Part shown: positions 37,757-49,371 of the stretch, piece by piece
Layout: each line of letters opens with the position of its first letter
Position numbering within the stretch: position 1 is the stretch's first letter
Assembly (NCBI GenBank): GCA_964355885.1
Contig: CAYHFJ010000002.1
Span: 499-64,498 of the forward strand
Reading direction: 5' to 3'
DNA length: 64,000 bases
DNA from: an uncultured Flavobacteriales bacterium
GTDB lineage: Bacteria; Bacteroidota; Bacteroidia; AKYH767-A; 2013-40CM-41-45
Notes under the pieces: model-generated
Databases searched by the model: none
What the model saw: only the letters and a program-made list of their open reading frames with translations
What the model was told of the DNA's origin: nothing
Position numbers and translations under genes: made by a program

Positions 37757-38374
37757 ATGTCAGGAATTATCGGAACGAAAATAGGAATGACCAGCGTCTT
37801 CGGACTTAATGGAAAGCAAATTCCATGCACAATCATTCAAGCGGGTCCTTGCGTAGTCACTCAGGTGAAGACTAAGGATTCAGATGGATATAATGCTGTT
37901 CAGCTTTCTTATGGAGAGCGGAAAGAAAAGCATGCTACTAAGGCAACAACCGGTCACTTTAAGAAGGCAGGTACAACACCTAAGAAAAAAGTAATGGAAT
38001 TCCGTCATTTTCCTGAGTTACCTGCAATGGGCTCAGAGATAAAGGTAGATCTGTTCATTGAAGGAGAATTTGTTGACGTAATAGGTACGAGCAAAGGAAA
38101 AGGATTTCAGGGGGTTGTTCGTCGTCACCACTTCGCAGGTGTTGGTATGCAGACACATGGTCAGCACAACCGTCTTCGTGCACCGGGATCACTTGGAGCT
38201 TCCTCATGGCCATCACGTGTTATGCCAGGAATGCGTATGGGAGGTCACATGGGACATACCCGCATTAAAATTCAAAATCTTGAGGGGATAAAAGTTATGC
38301 CTGAGGAAAATATATTGGTTATTAAAGGTGCAATTCCCGGGCACAATGGTTCATACGTAATAGTTGAGAAATAA
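37757..38374 (+). CDS. rplC: 50S ribosomal protein L3
   Basis: [13 protein letters not shown]...[11 protein letters not shown]. Confidence 0.97.
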   Translation: MSGIIGTKIGMTSVFGLNGKQIPCTIIQAGPCVVTQVKTKDSDGYNAVQLSYGERKEKHATKATTGHFKKAGTTPKKKVMEFRHFPELPAMGSEIKVDLFIEGEFVDVIGTSKGKGFQGVVRRHHFAGVGMQTHGQHNRLRAPGSLGASSWPSRVMPGMRMGGHMGHTRIKIQNLEGIKVMPEENILVIKGAIPGHNGSYVIVEK

Positions 38375-38375
38375 C

Positions 38376-39008
38376 ATGGAAGTCACAATCGTAGATATCT
38401 CCGGAAAAGAAACCGGAAAGAAAGTGAAGTTAAGCGAGAAGATTTTCTCTATCGAGCCTAATGACCACGCAATTTATCTTGATGTTAAGCAGTTTCTGGC
38501 GAATCGTCGTCAGGGAACACATAAGTCAAAGGAACGTGCAGAAATTGCACGTACTACAAAGAAGCTTAAACGTCAAAAGGGTACAGGGGGAGCACGTGCA
38601 GGTTCTATGAAGTCACCTTTGTTTGTGGGTGGCGGACGTGCATTCGGACCTCGTCCGCGCGACTACTCATTTAAGCTGAACAAAAAACTGAAGCACCTTG
38701 CATGCTTGTCAGCACTTACTTATAAGGCAAAAGATAAAAGCATCACTGTAGTTGAGAATTTCAACATGTCCTCTCCGAAGACAAAAGGATACTCCGACAT
38801 TTTGAAGAATCTGAAACTGTCAGATAAGAAGGTGTTAATGGTATTACCTGAACACGACACGAATATATTCCTGTCATCAAGAAATTTAGAACGAAACAAA
38901 GTCACGACGGCTGCAGAATTAAATACGTATGATGTTCTCAATGCGCAGACCATCGTATTTGTTGAAGGTTCAGTTCCCGTACTTGAAAATAGATTCTTAG
39001 CACAATGA
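38376..39008 (+). CDS. rplD: 50S ribosomal protein L4
   Basis: [13 protein letters not shown] motif. I chose the ATG at 38376, one base after the rplC stop, rather than the tracked overlapping start at 38364. Confidence 0.95.
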   Translation: MEVTIVDISGKETGKKVKLSEKIFSIEPNDHAIYLDVKQFLANRRQGTHKSKERAEIARTTKKLKRQKGTGGARAGSMKSPLFVGGGRAFGPRPRDYSFKLNKKLKHLACLSALTYKAKDKSITVVENFNMSSPKTKGYSDILKNLKLSDKKVLMVLPEHDTNIFLSSRNLERNKVTTAAELNTYDVLNAQTIVFVEGSVPVLENRFLAQ

Positions 39009-39295
39009 GCATCCTAAAGAAACCCCTCATTACCGAGAAGGCGACTAAATCCGGCGAGAAGCTGGGTCAATATGGATTTGTAGTGGACTCACGTTCAAAC
39101 AAAATTCAGATTAAGAAAGCCGTCGAGTCCATGTATAATGTCACGGTAGAAAGTGTGAACACAATGTTGTACCGTGGTAAACGGAAAACACGTTTCACAA
39201 AAACCGGCATTCAATCCGGAAATACCGGTTCATTCAAGAAAGCAGTCGTTACTCTCAAAAAGGGAGAAGTTATTGATTTCTATAGCAACATTTAA
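39005..39295 (+). CDS. rplW: 50S ribosomal protein L23
   Basis: [12 protein letters not shown] start; ATGA overlap with rplD. Confidence 0.95.
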   Translation: MSILKKPLITEKATKSGEKLGQYGFVVDSRSNKIQIKKAVESMYNVTVESVNTMLYRGKRKTRFTKTGIQSGNTGSFKKAVVTLKKGEVIDFYSNI

Positions 39296-39313
39296 AATTA
39301 GGAGAGTAGAATC

Positions 39314-40135
39314 ATGGCAGTAAAAAAAATGCGCCCAATGACTCCGAGCCAGAGACATACCATCTCTGATTCGTACGATGATATCACAGCATCACGTCCT
39401 GAACCAAGTTTAGTTGTGTCTCAAAAACGCAGCGGAGGCCGGAATGCTGATGGAAAGATGACCATGCGCTATATTGGTGGTGGTCACAAGCAGATGTATC
39501 GTCTGATAGATTTCAAACGGGATAAACACGGCATTGAAGGAACAGTAAAAACTATCGAATACGATCCGAACAGAACAGCACGTATAGCCCTTGTTTTCTA
39601 CAAAGATGGCGAGAAGCGATACATTGTTGCACCGAACGGTTTGAAAGTCGGTCAGAAAATATTTTCCGGAGCAGAAGCAACACCAGAAGTTGGTAATGCC
39701 ATGTTTCTGAGAGATATTCCACTAGGAACTTTGATTCACGGAATTGAATTACGTCCAGGACAAGGTGCTGAAATTGCCCGCAGTGCAGGAACTTATGCAC
39801 AGTTAGCTGCCCGCGATGGAAAGTATGCAGTTATCAAAATGCCTTCCGGTGAAACTCGTATGATCCTGGTTACTTGTCTTGCAACAATTGGAACCGTGTC
39901 TAACGCTGATCACATGCAGGAGCGTCTTGGTAAAGCGGGACGCAGCCGCTGGGCAGGTCGCCGCCCACGTGTTCGTGGTGTCGCGATGAATCCCGTGGAT
40001 CACCCTATGGGTGGAGGAGAAGGACGTGCTTCCGGTGGTCACCCACGTTCACGTAAAGGATTGCTTGCTAAGGGTTATAAGACCCGTAAAAACAAGACTA
40101 CAGATAAATATATTATTGAGAAACGTAAAAAATAA
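39314..40135 (+). CDS. rplB: 50S ribosomal protein L2
   Basis: [13 protein letters not shown] and [11 protein letters not shown] motifs. Confidence 0.97.
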   Translation: MAVKKMRPMTPSQRHTISDSYDDITASRPEPSLVVSQKRSGGRNADGKMTMRYIGGGHKQMYRLIDFKRDKHGIEGTVKTIEYDPNRTARIALVFYKDGEKRYIVAPNGLKVGQKIFSGAEATPEVGNAMFLRDIPLGTLIHGIELRPGQGAEIARSAGTYAQLAARDGKYAVIKMPSGETRMILVTCLATIGTVSNADHMQERLGKAGRSRWAGRRPRVRGVAMNPVDHPMGGGEGRASGGHPRSRKGLLAKGYKTRKNKTTDKYIIEKRKK

Positions 40136-40188
40136 TCTTTAAAAGGTTGATTGATTCCGAAGGAAGCAATCTTAAATAGAAAATCAGA

Positions 40189-40464
40189 ATGGCTCGTTCG
40201 TTAAAAAAAGGTCCTTACATCGCACATCACCTTGAACAAAAGGTAGTGAAGATGGCCGATGGAAAAAAGAAAACGGTGATTAAAACATGGTCACGTGCTT
40301 CGATGATTTCTCCGGATTTCGTCGGATATACATTCGCTGTCCATAACGGAAATAAATTTATTCCGGTATATGTCACAGAAAACATGGTTGGTCACAAACT
40401 GGGTGAATTCGCTCCCACGCGTACATTCCGTGGACATAGCGGTGCCAAGGCTGGTGGAAAATAA
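40189..40464 (+). CDS. rpsS: 30S ribosomal protein S19
   Basis: [11 protein letters not shown]...[24 protein letters not shown]. Confidence 0.97.
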   Translation: MARSLKKGPYIAHHLEQKVVKMADGKKKTVIKTWSRASMISPDFVGYTFAVHNGNKFIPVYVTENMVGHKLGEFAPTRTFRGHSGAKAGGK

Positions 40465-40492
40465 GGTATAAGCATTCAATCTAATTATTATC

Positions 40493-40939
40493 ATGGGAGT
40501 CAGAAAAAGAGAAGCGTCTGAAAAACGCAAAGAGGCATTAAAGACAACATCTATTGCCAAGCTTGTAAACGTTCCAACATCACCTCGTAAGATGCGTGTT
40601 GTATCTGATCTGGTACGTGGCATTGAGGTCATGAAGGCTTTAAACATACTTAAATACAATGCGAAAGCACCTGCAGCACGCTTGGAGAAGTTGCTCCAGT
40701 CTGCCATCGTTAACTGGGAATCAAAAACCGGAGATAAGATTGATGAAGGAAAAGTTTATGTGAAGACGATCGCTGTTGACAGTGCCCGCATGTTGAAACG
40801 TCTGCGTCCTGCTCCACAAGGTCGTGGTTACCGGGTTCGTAAGCGTTCAAATCACGTCACTATTGTTCTTGATAACATCGCCAACCGACCTGTTTCCGTT
40901 AAAGGAAAAAAGATTGAAGTGGCAGAAGAAGTAAAATAA
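40493..40939 (+). CDS. rplV: 50S ribosomal protein L22 (with a short C-terminal extension)
   Basis: [14 protein letters not shown]...[22 protein letters not shown], and its position in the S10 block. Confidence 0.95.
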   Translation: MGVRKREASEKRKEALKTTSIAKLVNVPTSPRKMRVVSDLVRGIEVMKALNILKYNAKAPAARLEKLLQSAIVNWESKTGDKIDEGKVYVKTIAVDSARMLKRLRPAPQGRGYRVRKRSNHVTIVLDNIANRPVSVKGKKIEVAEEVK

Positions 40940-40998
40940 TTCTCATTAAAAACTAAAACCCTATTCAAGGTCTCCGGACTGAAGAGAAAAAAAATACA

Positions 40999-41829
40999 AT
41001 GGGACAAAAAGCAAATCCAATAGGAAACCGACTGGGAATCATCAGAGGATGGGACTCGAACTGGTATGGTGGCAGAAAGTATGCTGACAAACTGGTAGAG
41101 GACGAAAAGATCCGTAAATACTTGATGGCTCGTCTTCAGAAAGGTGGAGTATCCAAGATCGTGATCGAAAGAACAATGAAGTTGATCACAGTTACCGTTC
41201 ACACTGCCCGTCCGGGTATCGTGATTGGTAAAGGAGGACAAGAAGTTGACAAACTGAAGGAGGAGCTGAAGAAGCTTACCAAGAAGGACGTACAGATCAA
41301 TATCTATGAAATAAAACGTCCTGAACTTGATGCGCAGTTGGTAGCTGATGGTATTGCCCGTCAGATCGAAGCTCGTATTTCGTTTCGTCGAGCTGCAAAG
41401 ATGTCAATTGCTTCTACAATGCGAATGGGTGCTGAAGGGATTCGTATCCTGGTAGGTGGTCGTTTAGGCGGAGCGGAGATTGCCCGGAGTGAAGGATATA
41501 AAGATGGTCGTGTTCCTCTGCACACATTCCGTGCTGATATTGATTTCGCTATCGCGGAAGCACAAACTTCTTATGGTAAGATTGGAATAAAAGTATGGGT
41601 TTGTAAAGGAGAAGTTTACGGAAAACGTGATTTGTCTCCTAACCTTGGATCCAGTGTCAATGTATCTGCACCGAAGGGTATGTCAGGTAGCGGTCGTGAG
41701 CGTGGTGATCGTGGTGAGCGAGGAGATCGTGGTAATCGCGGCGGACGTGGCGGCAGTGGTGGTGGTGGTGGCCGTGGTGGAAATGCCGGCGGAAACAGTG
41801 GTGGTGGTCGTGGACGCAAGAAAGATTAA
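40999..41829 (+). CDS. rpsC: 30S ribosomal protein S3 with a Gly/Arg-rich C-terminal tail
   Basis: [13 protein letters not shown] and a KH domain. The core ends near aa 208. A 68-aa tail follows, containing [47 protein letters not shown]. Confidence 0.96.
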   Translation: MGQKANPIGNRLGIIRGWDSNWYGGRKYADKLVEDEKIRKYLMARLQKGGVSKIVIERTMKLITVTVHTARPGIVIGKGGQEVDKLKEELKKLTKKDVQINIYEIKRPELDAQLVADGIARQIEARISFRRAAKMSIASTMRMGAEGIRILVGGRLGGAEIARSEGYKDGRVPLHTFRADIDFAIAEAQTSYGKIGIKVWVCKGEVYGKRDLSPNLGSSVNVSAPKGMSGSGRERGDRGERGDRGNRGGRGGSGGGGGRGGNAGGNSGGGRGRKKD

Positions 41830-41872
41830 TTGTTGACTGAGAAAATAACAATAGTAAAAAGTAGATTCAATC

Positions 41873-42292
41873 ATGTTACAGCCGAAAAAGACAAAGTTCA
41901 GAAAACAACATAAAATGGTTCCCAAGGGAAAAGCTACCCGTGGACATGACTTATCATTTGGGTCATTCGGAATCAAGTCGCTTGAAACAGGCTGGTTGCC
42001 CAGTAAGCAGATTGAAGCAGCCCGTGTAGCTGTAACACGTTTTATGAAGCGTGAGGGTCAGATCTGGTGCAGGATATTCCCCGATAAGCCAATTACACGT
42101 AAACCTGCTGAGGTACGTATGGGAAAAGGAAAAGGTAACCCTGAATTCTGGGTTGCAGTAGTAAAACCCGGAACGATCATCTTCGAAGCGGAAGGAGTAT
42201 CTGAAGCAACTGCACGTGAAGCGATGCGATTAGCATCTCAAAAATTGTCGGTAAATACAAAATTCATCATCCGACGCGATTTTGCCGAATAA
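41873..42292 (+). CDS. rplP: 50S ribosomal protein L16
   Basis: [14 protein letters not shown]...RMGKGKG. Confidence 0.97.
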   Translation: MLQPKKTKFRKQHKMVPKGKATRGHDLSFGSFGIKSLETGWLPSKQIEAARVAVTRFMKREGQIWCRIFPDKPITRKPAEVRMGKGKGNPEFWVAVVKPGTIIFEAEGVSEATAREAMRLASQKLSVNTKFIIRRDFAE

Positions 42293-42345
42293 CAATTACC
42301 CGGTCTATTGATAAAATGATCAAAATATAATAGAAGTATCTTATC

Positions 42346-42549
42346 ATGAAAAAAGAGGACATAAAAGAATTAACAAACGATGAGCTTCGTCTGCGTCTGC
42401 AGGAGGAAAAGACCCTCTTCACTAAAATGAAGATGAATCATGCTGTTTCTCCTATTGAAAACCCAATGAAGATCAGGGCTGTTCGTCGAGGCATCGCGAT
42501 GCTCCATACTGAGTTGACTAAACGTGCAAATGCTGCACCAAAAAATTAA
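42346..42549 (+). CDS. rpmC: 50S ribosomal protein L29
   Basis: 67 aa containing ELTNDELRLRLQEEK; expected position. Confidence 0.93.
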   Translation: MKKEDIKELTNDELRLRLQEEKTLFTKMKMNHAVSPIENPMKIRAVRRGIAMLHTELTKRANAAPKN

Positions 42550-42567
42550 TAAGCGGAAATTTCAATC

Positions 42568-42840
42568 ATGGAAAATACAAGCACAGAGAAGCGCGGATTG
42601 CGTAAAGACCGGACAGGTATTGTTGTAAGCAACAAGATGAACAAAAGTATTGTTGTATCCGTTGAGCGCAAAGTGAAGCATCCTATCTATGGGAAATTCA
42701 TCAAGAAGACCAGTACATTCATGGCACACGATGAAAAAAATGAAAGTGGAATCGGAGATGTAGTTCGCATCACTGAGACGCGGCCGCTCAGCAAAAATAA
42801 GTGCTGGCGCTTATCAGAAATTATTGAAAAGGCAAAATAA
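42568..42840 (+). CDS. rpsQ: 30S ribosomal protein S17
   Basis: [27 protein letters not shown]. Confidence 0.95.
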   Translation: MENTSTEKRGLRKDRTGIVVSNKMNKSIVVSVERKVKHPIYGKFIKKTSTFMAHDEKNESGIGDVVRITETRPLSKNKCWRLSEIIEKAK

Positions 42841-42917
42841 TTAAACTGAAACTATTGTTTTCACAGGATTTCTTGTAGAAACAGAGTTCAGAAATCAAGT
42901 TTAAATACCGAATAACA

Positions 42918-43286
42918 ATGATACAGCAAGAATCCAGATGTGTGGTTGCCGATAACAGCGGAGCAAAAGAAGTTCTTTGTATCCGTGTACTCGGCGGTAC
43001 CGGAAAAAGATACGCTTCACTTGGCGACAAGATAGTTGTAACTGTAAAGCACGCTTTACCTTCAGGCAACATCAAAAAAGGAACAGTAACAAAGGCAGTG
43101 GTTGTTCGCACCAAGAAAGAGGTGAAGCGCCAGGATGGATCGTATATCCGCTTTGACGACAATGCCGTTGTGTTGTTGAATGCACAGGACGAACTGCGTG
43201 GGACACGTATTTTCGGACCGGTTGCCCGCGAACTTCGTGAGAAACAATTTATGAAAATTGTTTCATTGGCTCCTGAGGTAATATAA
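42918..43286 (+). CDS. rplN: 50S ribosomal protein L14
   Basis: [18 protein letters not shown]. Confidence 0.97.
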   Translation: MIQQESRCVVADNSGAKEVLCIRVLGGTGKRYASLGDKIVVTVKHALPSGNIKKGTVTKAVVVRTKKEVKRQDGSYIRFDDNAVVLLNAQDELRGTRIFGPVARELREKQFMKIVSLAPEVI

Positions 43287-43313
43287 ATCAAGAAGAATAA
43301 GACACCATATATC

Positions 43314-43649
43314 ATGGAAAGAAAATTTAATAAACAAGCAAAGCTTCACATCAAAAAAGGTGACATCGTAAAGGTGATCGCCGGTGACTCAAAAGGGTCT
43401 CAGGGAAGGGTACTTGAAGTAATTCAGGAGAAGCGCCGCATACTCGTTGAAGGAGTTAACTTGATCAGCAAGCACACTAAACCTAATGCCAAGAATACAC
43501 AGGGTGGTATTGTAAAGCAGGAAGCAGCTATCCATATTTCAAATGTATTACTTGTTGATGGTAAAGGAAATGCTACCCGTGTTGGCCGTAAGCTTGAAGG
43601 CGATAAATTAGTTCGTTACTCTAAAAAGTCAGGGGAGGTAATCAAATAA
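43314..43649 (+). CDS. rplX: 50S ribosomal protein L24
   Basis: [23 protein letters not shown] (KOW motif). Confidence 0.95.
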   Translation: MERKFNKQAKLHIKKGDIVKVIAGDSKGSQGRVLEVIQEKRRILVEGVNLISKHTKPNAKNTQGGIVKQEAAIHISNVLLVDGKGNATRVGRKLEGDKLVRYSKKSGEVIK

Positions 43650-44200
43650 TGGAATATACACCGAGATTAAAAGACAAGTACCGTCAGGAAATAGTTCCTG
43701 CACTTGCCAAGAAATTTAACTACAAGAGCGTTATGCAGGTGCCACGTCTTGTAAAGATTTGCGTGAACCAGGGAGTTGGAGATGCAGTGAGTGACAAGAA
43801 ACTCATTGAATATGCCATGCAGGAGATGATTGCAGTAACCGGACAGAAATGTGTGGCAACTAAATCAAAGAAAGATATCTCAAACTTCAAGCTTCGTGTG
43901 GATGTACCAATCGGAGTACGTGTTACATTGAGAGATGTGAATATGTATGAATTTTTGGACCGTTTGATTTCTGTTTCATTACCACGTATCCGTGATTTCC
44001 GTGGCATTAATCCAAAAGGATTTGACGGGCGGGGTAATTACACAATGGGTGTGACTGAACAAATCATCTTTCCGGAAATCGATATCGATAAGGTGAATAA
44101 AATTTCAGGAATGGACATCACATTTGTGACTACCGCGGAAACAGACGAAGAAGCGATGCAGCTTTTAAAAGAATTTGGAATGCCTTTCCAGGCTAACTAA
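43649..44200 (+). CDS. rplE: 50S ribosomal protein L5
   Basis: [15 protein letters not shown]...[11 protein letters not shown]. Confidence 0.96.
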   Translation: MEYTPRLKDKYRQEIVPALAKKFNYKSVMQVPRLVKICVNQGVGDAVSDKKLIEYAMQEMIAVTGQKCVATKSKKDISNFKLRVDVPIGVRVTLRDVNMYEFLDRLISVSLPRIRDFRGINPKGFDGRGNYTMGVTEQIIFPEIDIDKVNKISGMDITFVTTAETDEEAMQLLKEFGMPFQAN

Positions 44201-44228
44201 AATATTAAGCAAAAAGAAACAGATCAAC

Positions 44229-44498
44229 ATGGCAAAAGAATCAATGAAGGCTAGAGAAGTGAAGCGTGCGCAGATGACGGCTCGTTATGCCGCTAAACGT
44301 GCAGCGCTGAAAGCATCCGGTGATTATACCGCACTGGATAAACTTCCAAAAAATGCCTCACCGGTGCGAATGCACAACCGTTGTAAATTAACAGGCCGAC
44401 CGCGTGGATACATGCGCATCTTCGGGATCTCCCGGAACGTATTTCGTCAGATGGCACTGGATGGTAAAATCCCGGGAGTAACAAAAGCCAGTTGGTAA
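44229..44498 (+). CDS. rpsN: 30S ribosomal protein S14 (long form, no zinc site)
   Basis: [13 protein letters not shown]...[11 protein letters not shown]...KASW. I chose the Met at 44229 as the start; the tracked ORF starts upstream, inside rplE. Confidence 0.93.
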   Translation: MAKESMKAREVKRAQMTARYAAKRAALKASGDYTALDKLPKNASPVRMHNRCKLTGRPRGYMRIFGISRNVFRQMALDGKIPGVTKASW

Positions 44499-44541
44499 TT
44501 AACAGAACATAGAAACAAGGACAACGCAACATTATATTACA

Positions 44542-44937
44542 ATGACAGATCCTATTGCAGACTTCATTACCCGGATTCGTAACGCAGTGCGTGCCAACCA
44601 CAGAATTGTGCAGGTACCGGCTTCGAATCTTAAGAAGGACATGACTAAAATCCTGAAAGAGAAAGGGTATATCCTCGACTATAAATTCGAGGAAGACGAT
44701 AAACAAGGCCATATTAAAATCGCCTTGAAGTATCATCCGATCACGAAAGCTCCCGCTATCCGTAATCTGACTCGCATTTCAAAACCCGGACTTCGTAAGT
44801 ATTCCGGTGTTGATACAATGCCGCGTGTGTTGAATGGATTGGGAATTGCAATCCTTTCGACTTCGAAAGGTGTGATGACCGACAAGGAAGCACGCACGGA
44901 GAAAGTTGGCGGAGAAGTGTTATGTTACGTTTATTAA
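44542..44937 (+). CDS. rpsH: 30S ribosomal protein S8
   Basis: [15 protein letters not shown]. Confidence 0.97.
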   Translation: MTDPIADFITRIRNAVRANHRIVQVPASNLKKDMTKILKEKGYILDYKFEEDDKQGHIKIALKYHPITKAPAIRNLTRISKPGLRKYSGVDTMPRVLNGLGIAILSTSKGVMTDKEARTEKVGGEVLCYVY

Positions 44938-44958
44938 TCCATAAAGAAAGAATCTGAA

Positions 44959-45513
44959 ATGTCACGAATTGGAAAATTACCGATTACAATCCCTGCCAAG
45001 GTAGAGGTTAAAGTCGCCAAGAATATGGTTCATGTAAAAGGACCTAAAGGTGAACTGTCACAGAAATTGTCTGAGGGTATTAGCGTGAATGTTGACGGAG
45101 ATACTATGACACTCGATCGCGCTACAGAAGGCAAACATCACCGTTCATTGCACGGACTTTACCGTTCATTGATTAACAACATGATTATTGGTGTATCGCA
45201 GGGATTTGTGAAGCAACAGGAATTGATTGGTGTTGGTTACAAGGCTACAAATCAAGGTCAGTTATTGGATTTGGTTTTAGGTTACTCACACCATTTTATT
45301 TTCGAAATACCCGCGGAAGTAAAAGTGACAACAAAAACTGAAAAAGGAATTCCTCCTACCATCATCCTTGAAAGTGCTGTTAAGCAACTTCTGGGAGCTG
45401 TGTCCGCGAAGATTCGTTCATTCCGTGTACCTGAGCCTTATAAAGGAAAAGGTATCAAGTTCACAGGAGAAGTATTGAGAAGAAAAGCCGGTAAGTCGGC
45501 AGCTAAAAAATAA
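44959..45513 (+). CDS. rplF: 50S ribosomal protein L6
   Basis: [12 protein letters not shown]...PEPYKGKGI. Confidence 0.97.
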   Translation: MSRIGKLPITIPAKVEVKVAKNMVHVKGPKGELSQKLSEGISVNVDGDTMTLDRATEGKHHRSLHGLYRSLINNMIIGVSQGFVKQQELIGVGYKATNQGQLLDLVLGYSHHFIFEIPAEVKVTTKTEKGIPPTIILESAVKQLLGAVSAKIRSFRVPEPYKGKGIKFTGEVLRRKAGKSAAKK

Positions 45514-45521
45514 TTGAAGTC

Positions 45522-45875
45522 ATGTTAAGAAAACAGCTTAGAAGAAAAAGTATCCGGGAAAGGATCCGTAAAACGATCAAAGGAACAGCAGAGCGTCCGC
45601 GTCTGTCAGTATACCGGAGTAATAAACAGATCTATGCGCAGTTGATCGATGATTTGTCCGGTGTAACTCTGGCAGCAGTATCATCTGCTTCAAAGGATCT
45701 TGGTGAAATCAAAGGAGCAAAGGTTGATATCTCTAAAGAGGTAGGTAAAGCAATAGCTGCAAAAGCTCAGGAGAATGGAATCCAGTCTGTCGTGTTTGAT
45801 CGCGGAGGATATCTGTACCATGGTCGCATTAAGGCATTGGCCGAAGGTGCTCGTGAAGGCGGATTGCAGTTTTAA
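45522..45875 (+). CDS. rplR: 50S ribosomal protein L18
   Basis: [20 protein letters not shown]...[24 protein letters not shown]. Confidence 0.96.
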   Translation: MLRKQLRRKSIRERIRKTIKGTAERPRLSVYRSNKQIYAQLIDDLSGVTLAAVSSASKDLGEIKGAKVDISKEVGKAIAAKAQENGIQSVVFDRGGYLYHGRIKALAEGAREGGLQF

Positions 45876-45908
45876 TATTAGTTCAACAATTACTGATCAA
45901 AGAATACT

Positions 45909-46427
45909 ATGTCAGCAACAAACGTAAAGCGAGTAAAAACAAGCGAGATTGAATTTAAGGACCGTCTGGTTACAGTCAATCGCGTAACCAAAGTTACCAA
46001 AGGAGGACGAGCCTTCACATTCGCGGCAATCGTTGTCGTGGGTGATGAAAATGGAGTCGTAGGTCATGGTCTTGGTAAAGCGAAAGAAGTTTCTGATGCT
46101 GTTCAAAAAGGTATCGATGACGCAAAGAAAAATCTCGTAAAAGTTCCAATCCTCAGAGGCACTGTTCCTCATGAAGCTTATGGTAAGTACGGTGGCGCAC
46201 TTGTGTTCCTTAAACCTGCAGCACCGGGAACAGGAGTAATTGCCGGGGGTGCGATGCGTTCAGTACTCGAGAGTGTAGGCATTCATGATGTATTGGCTAA
46301 ATCAAAAGGAAGCTCTAATCCGCATAACGTAGTAAAGGCTACAATTGATGCCTTGCTGAAAATGCGTGATCCTGCAACCGTTGCTCAGCATCGTGGAATT
46401 AAAATGACAAAAGTTTTTAACGGATAA
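45909..46427 (+). CDS. rpsE: 30S ribosomal protein S5
   Basis: [16 protein letters not shown]...[11 protein letters not shown]. Confidence 0.97.
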   Translation: MSATNVKRVKTSEIEFKDRLVTVNRVTKVTKGGRAFTFAAIVVVGDENGVVGHGLGKAKEVSDAVQKGIDDAKKNLVKVPILRGTVPHEAYGKYGGALVFLKPAAPGTGVIAGGAMRSVLESVGIHDVLAKSKGSSNPHNVVKATIDALLKMRDPATVAQHRGIKMTKVFNG

Positions 46428-46459
46428 TCGCTGGTCTCAGCGAACAAAAGAATACAACA

Positions 46460-46639
46460 ATGGGAAAAGTCAAGATTACACTTGTGAAAAGCGGAATCGA
46501 CCGGCATATTAATCAGAAGAGAACGCTGCATGCATTGGGTCTGCGTAAGCTGAACCGATCTGTAGAAGTTGAAGCTACACCACAGATCCGTGGAATGATT
46601 TCCAAGGTGGAACACCTTGTTGATGTAAAAGAAATTTAA
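46460..46639 (+). CDS. rpmD: 50S ribosomal protein L30 (59 aa, below the ORF-track cutoff)
   Basis: Hand-translated: MGKVKITLVKSGIDRHINQKRTLHALGLRKLNRSVEVEATPQIRGMISKVEHLVDVKEI, ending at TAA 46637-46639. It lies between rpsE and rplO as expected. Confidence 0.9.
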   Translation: MGKVKITLVKSGIDRHINQKRTLHALGLRKLNRSVEVEATPQIRGMISKVEHLVDVKEI

Positions 46640-46682
46640 TTGAACAGCAAGAAATTGCACTAACAAATCAGAGGAGTCTATC

Positions 46683-47129
46683 ATGAATTTATCGACACTC
46701 AAACCGGCAGAAGGTTCAGTAAAGAATAACAAAAGACTCGGAAGAGGAACCGGTTCAGGCCGGGGTGGTACTTCTACACGAGGACACAAAGGGGCGCAAT
46801 CGCGTTCCGGTTATAGCTCAAAACGCGGATTTGAAGGAGGGCAAATGCCACTTCAACGTCGTGTTCCAAAGTTTGGTTTTAAAAATCCCTTCCGCGTAGA
46901 ATACCACGGAATTAATCTTGATGCAATTCAAGCACTTATTGAGAAAAGCAAACTAACTATCATTACTCCTGCAATTCTCGTTGAGAGCGGTTTAGCTTCC
47001 AGGAATGATAAAGTAAAAATTCTTGGTCGTGGTGAATTGAAATCCAAGATTGAAATTACAGCTCATGCATTCTCCGCAACGGCCAAAGCAGCCATAGAAA
47101 GTCAAGGCGGTACAACAGCTATCATTTAA
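46683..47129 (+). CDS. rplO: 50S ribosomal protein L15
   Basis: LKPAEGSVKNNKRLGRGTGSGRGGTSTRGHKG. Confidence 0.96.
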   Translation: MNLSTLKPAEGSVKNNKRLGRGTGSGRGGTSTRGHKGAQSRSGYSSKRGFEGGQMPLQRRVPKFGFKNPFRVEYHGINLDAIQALIEKSKLTIITPAILVESGLASRNDKVKILGRGELKSKIEITAHAFSATAKAAIESQGGTTAII

Positions 47130-47131
47130 GT

Positions 47132-48493
47132 ATGAAAAATCTGATCCAAACAATTCGTAATATCTTTAAGATTGAAGACTTGAGAGTTCGTATTCTCAAC
47201 ACACTCTTCTTTCTGCTGATCTATCGTCTCGGTGCGCACATTGTGTTACCAGGTGTAGACCCCGGGCAGCTTGCTGCTTTGCAGAACCAGACGAGTGGTG
47301 GAGTACTGGGCTTGCTGGATATGTTTTCAGGTGGAGCCTTCTCCAATTCTTCCATTTTCGCATTAGGTATCATGCCTTATATCTCAGCTTCCATTGTGAT
47401 TCAGCTGATGAGTATTGCAGTGCCTTATTTTCAGAAGTTGCAAAAAGAAGGAGAGAGCGGACGAAAGCGTATCAATCAGATGACACGTTGGTTAACTGTT
47501 GGTATTACTGCTATGCAAGCCCCTGGTTATATTGTGAATTTACGTTCACAGGTCCCGGGAGCGATCATTTCCGTGACAAATCCGGAATTGGTATCCCCTT
47601 TTACTTTCTGGTTTACTTCAATAGTGATTCTCACAGCCGGTACCTTGTTTGTTATGTGGTTAGGTGAAAAAATTACTGACAAGGGAATCGGGAATGGTAT
47701 TTCTCTGATCATCATGATCGGAATTGTTGCCCGCTTGCCACATGCTTTGAGAGACGAATTTTTCTCACGTGTAAATCAGGGCGGGGGACTTGTTGTTATG
47801 CTCATCGAACTGGTTATGTTAGGAGCTGTTATTGCAGCCACAATTATGCTCGTCCAGGGAACTCGACGCATTCCCGTTAACTTTGCAAAGAAAATAGTAG
47901 GGAATAAACAGTACGGTGGAGTACGTCAGTATATCCCTTTAAAGGTAAATGCTGCGGGTGTAATGCCAATCATCTTCGCGCAGGCGATTATGTTCATCCC
48001 GGCAACAGTAGCGCAGTTTTTCCCGGATGCAAGTGCTTCCGCGGGAGTATTGGCCACCTTCGGAAATTTTACTTCCTTCTGGTATAATTTTGTGTTCGCA
48101 ACGCTGATTATACTCTTCACTTATTTCTATACGGCAATATCTGTGAATCCGAATCAGATGGCTGATGACATGAAGCGAAACAACGGTTTCATTCCGGGAG
48201 TTAAGCCCGGACGAAGCACTGCAGAATTTATTGATGATGTGATGTCACGTATTACATTACCGGGATCGATATTTCTGGCTCTGATTGCCATTATGCCGAC
48301 ATTCGCATTATTGTTTAACGTCAATAACAATTTTGCACAATTCTACGGAGGCACATCGCTGCTCATTATGGTTGGTGTTGTTCTTGATACCTTACAACAA
48401 ATAGAAAGTCATCTGTTGATGCGTCACTATGATGGATTGATGAAAGGCGGTAAGATAAAGGGCAGAAGTTCACCGGTTGCAACCGCAGTTTAG
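47132..48493 (+). CDS. secY: Preprotein translocase subunit SecY
   Basis: 453 aa with ten TM segments and LGIMPYISASI...GEKITDKGIGNGISLII. Confidence 0.96.
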   Translation: MKNLIQTIRNIFKIEDLRVRILNTLFFLLIYRLGAHIVLPGVDPGQLAALQNQTSGGVLGLLDMFSGGAFSNSSIFALGIMPYISASIVIQLMSIAVPYFQKLQKEGESGRKRINQMTRWLTVGITAMQAPGYIVNLRSQVPGAIISVTNPELVSPFTFWFTSIVILTAGTLFVMWLGEKITDKGIGNGISLIIMIGIVARLPHALRDEFFSRVNQGGGLVVMLIELVMLGAVIAATIMLVQGTRRIPVNFAKKIVGNKQYGGVRQYIPLKVNAAGVMPIIFAQAIMFIPATVAQFFPDASASAGVLATFGNFTSFWYNFVFATLIILFTYFYTAISVNPNQMADDMKRNNGFIPGVKPGRSTAEFIDDVMSRITLPGSIFLALIAIMPTFALLFNVNNNFAQFYGGTSLLIMVGVVLDTLQQIESHLLMRHYDGLMKGGKIKGRSSPVATAV

Positions 48494-48570
48494 TGAAATA
48501 GGTTTGCCGGAATAGAATATGAGTTGAAGAAAAATTTTATTCTAATCCTGTAAACAAGAATAGAAGTCGA

Positions 48571-49368
48571 ATGCTGTACTACAAGACACAGGAAGAGATT
48601 GAAATATTAAGAGAGAGTTCTTTACTTGTTGCCAAAACCCTGGCTGAAGTGGCCAAAACAATTCGTCCCGGTGTGACTACACTGGAATTAGACAAAATTG
48701 CTGAAACCTTCATCCGTGATAACAATGCCACACCGGCATTCCTGAACTACAATGGATTTCCAAATTCATTATGCATCTCAGTGAATTCGCAGGTCGTCCA
48801 TGGTATTCCGAACAAAATTGAACTCAGAGATGGGGATATTTGCTCGGTTGATTGTGGAGTCCTTAAGAATGGTTTTTATGGAGATTCCGCTTACACCTTT
48901 AGTATAGGTGATGTGGCTGATGAAACACTTCAGTTGTTAAAAGTAACCAAGGAAAGCCTGTACAAAGGCATTGAGATGGCTATTGCAGGTAATCGTTTGG
49001 GGGATATCAGTCATGCTATTCAGACACACGCTGAATCGAATGGTTATTCAGTGGTTCGTGAGTTGGTTGGTCATGGAATCGGAAGGCATCTTCACGAGAA
49101 GCCAGAAGTTCCTAACTACGGTAAGCGTGGAAGCGGACTTGTACTTCGGGAAGGTCTGGTTATTGCAATCGAACCGATGATTAACATGGGGGTGAAGGGT
49201 GTCGTTCATGAGAGAGATGGTTGGACAGTTCGTACCGCGGACAATAAGCCATCTGCACATTTTGAACACACAGTGGCAATCCGGAAGATGAGTGCAGATA
49301 TTCTTAGCTCATTTGAAATTATTGAAGAGGCATTTAATTCTAACATTCAAAATAAAGTGATCAATTAA
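48571..49368 (+). CDS. map: Type I methionine aminopeptidase
   Basis: VVHGIPN, DCGV...GFYGDSAYTF, VGHGIG, EPM and FEHT metal-site motifs. Confidence 0.95.
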   Translation: MLYYKTQEEIEILRESSLLVAKTLAEVAKTIRPGVTTLELDKIAETFIRDNNATPAFLNYNGFPNSLCISVNSQVVHGIPNKIELRDGDICSVDCGVLKNGFYGDSAYTFSIGDVADETLQLLKVTKESLYKGIEMAIAGNRLGDISHAIQTHAESNGYSVVRELVGHGIGRHLHEKPEVPNYGKRGSGLVLREGLVIAIEPMINMGVKGVVHERDGWTVRTADNKPSAHFEHTVAIRKMSADILSSFEIIEEAFNSNIQNKVIN

Positions 49369-49371
49369 AAC

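Noticed and set aside
41686-41826. GGT/CGT-rich repetitive DNA that could be mistaken for a microsatellite or repeat array.
   Set aside because: The repeats are imperfect and in frame with rpsC up to its stop codon, so this is coding low complexity rather than a spacer-repeat structure.
41616-41976. Proline-rich ([11 protein letters not shown]...), His-rich and Thr-rich ORFs on the minus strand and in alternate frames at 41616-41976.
   Set aside because: They are frame and strand shadows of the GGT/CGT-rich tract encoding the S3 Gly/Arg tail, and they lie wholly inside rpsC or its junction with rplP.
40291-46789. Long antisense ORFs inside ribosomal protein genes (40291-40707, 40852-41241, 42821-43315, 44293-44736, 46385-46789; 129-164 aa).
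   Set aside because: Each lies fully opposite strongly conserved ribosomal protein genes. Long open antisense frames are expected from the codon bias of highly expressed genes, and their translations have no recognisable features.
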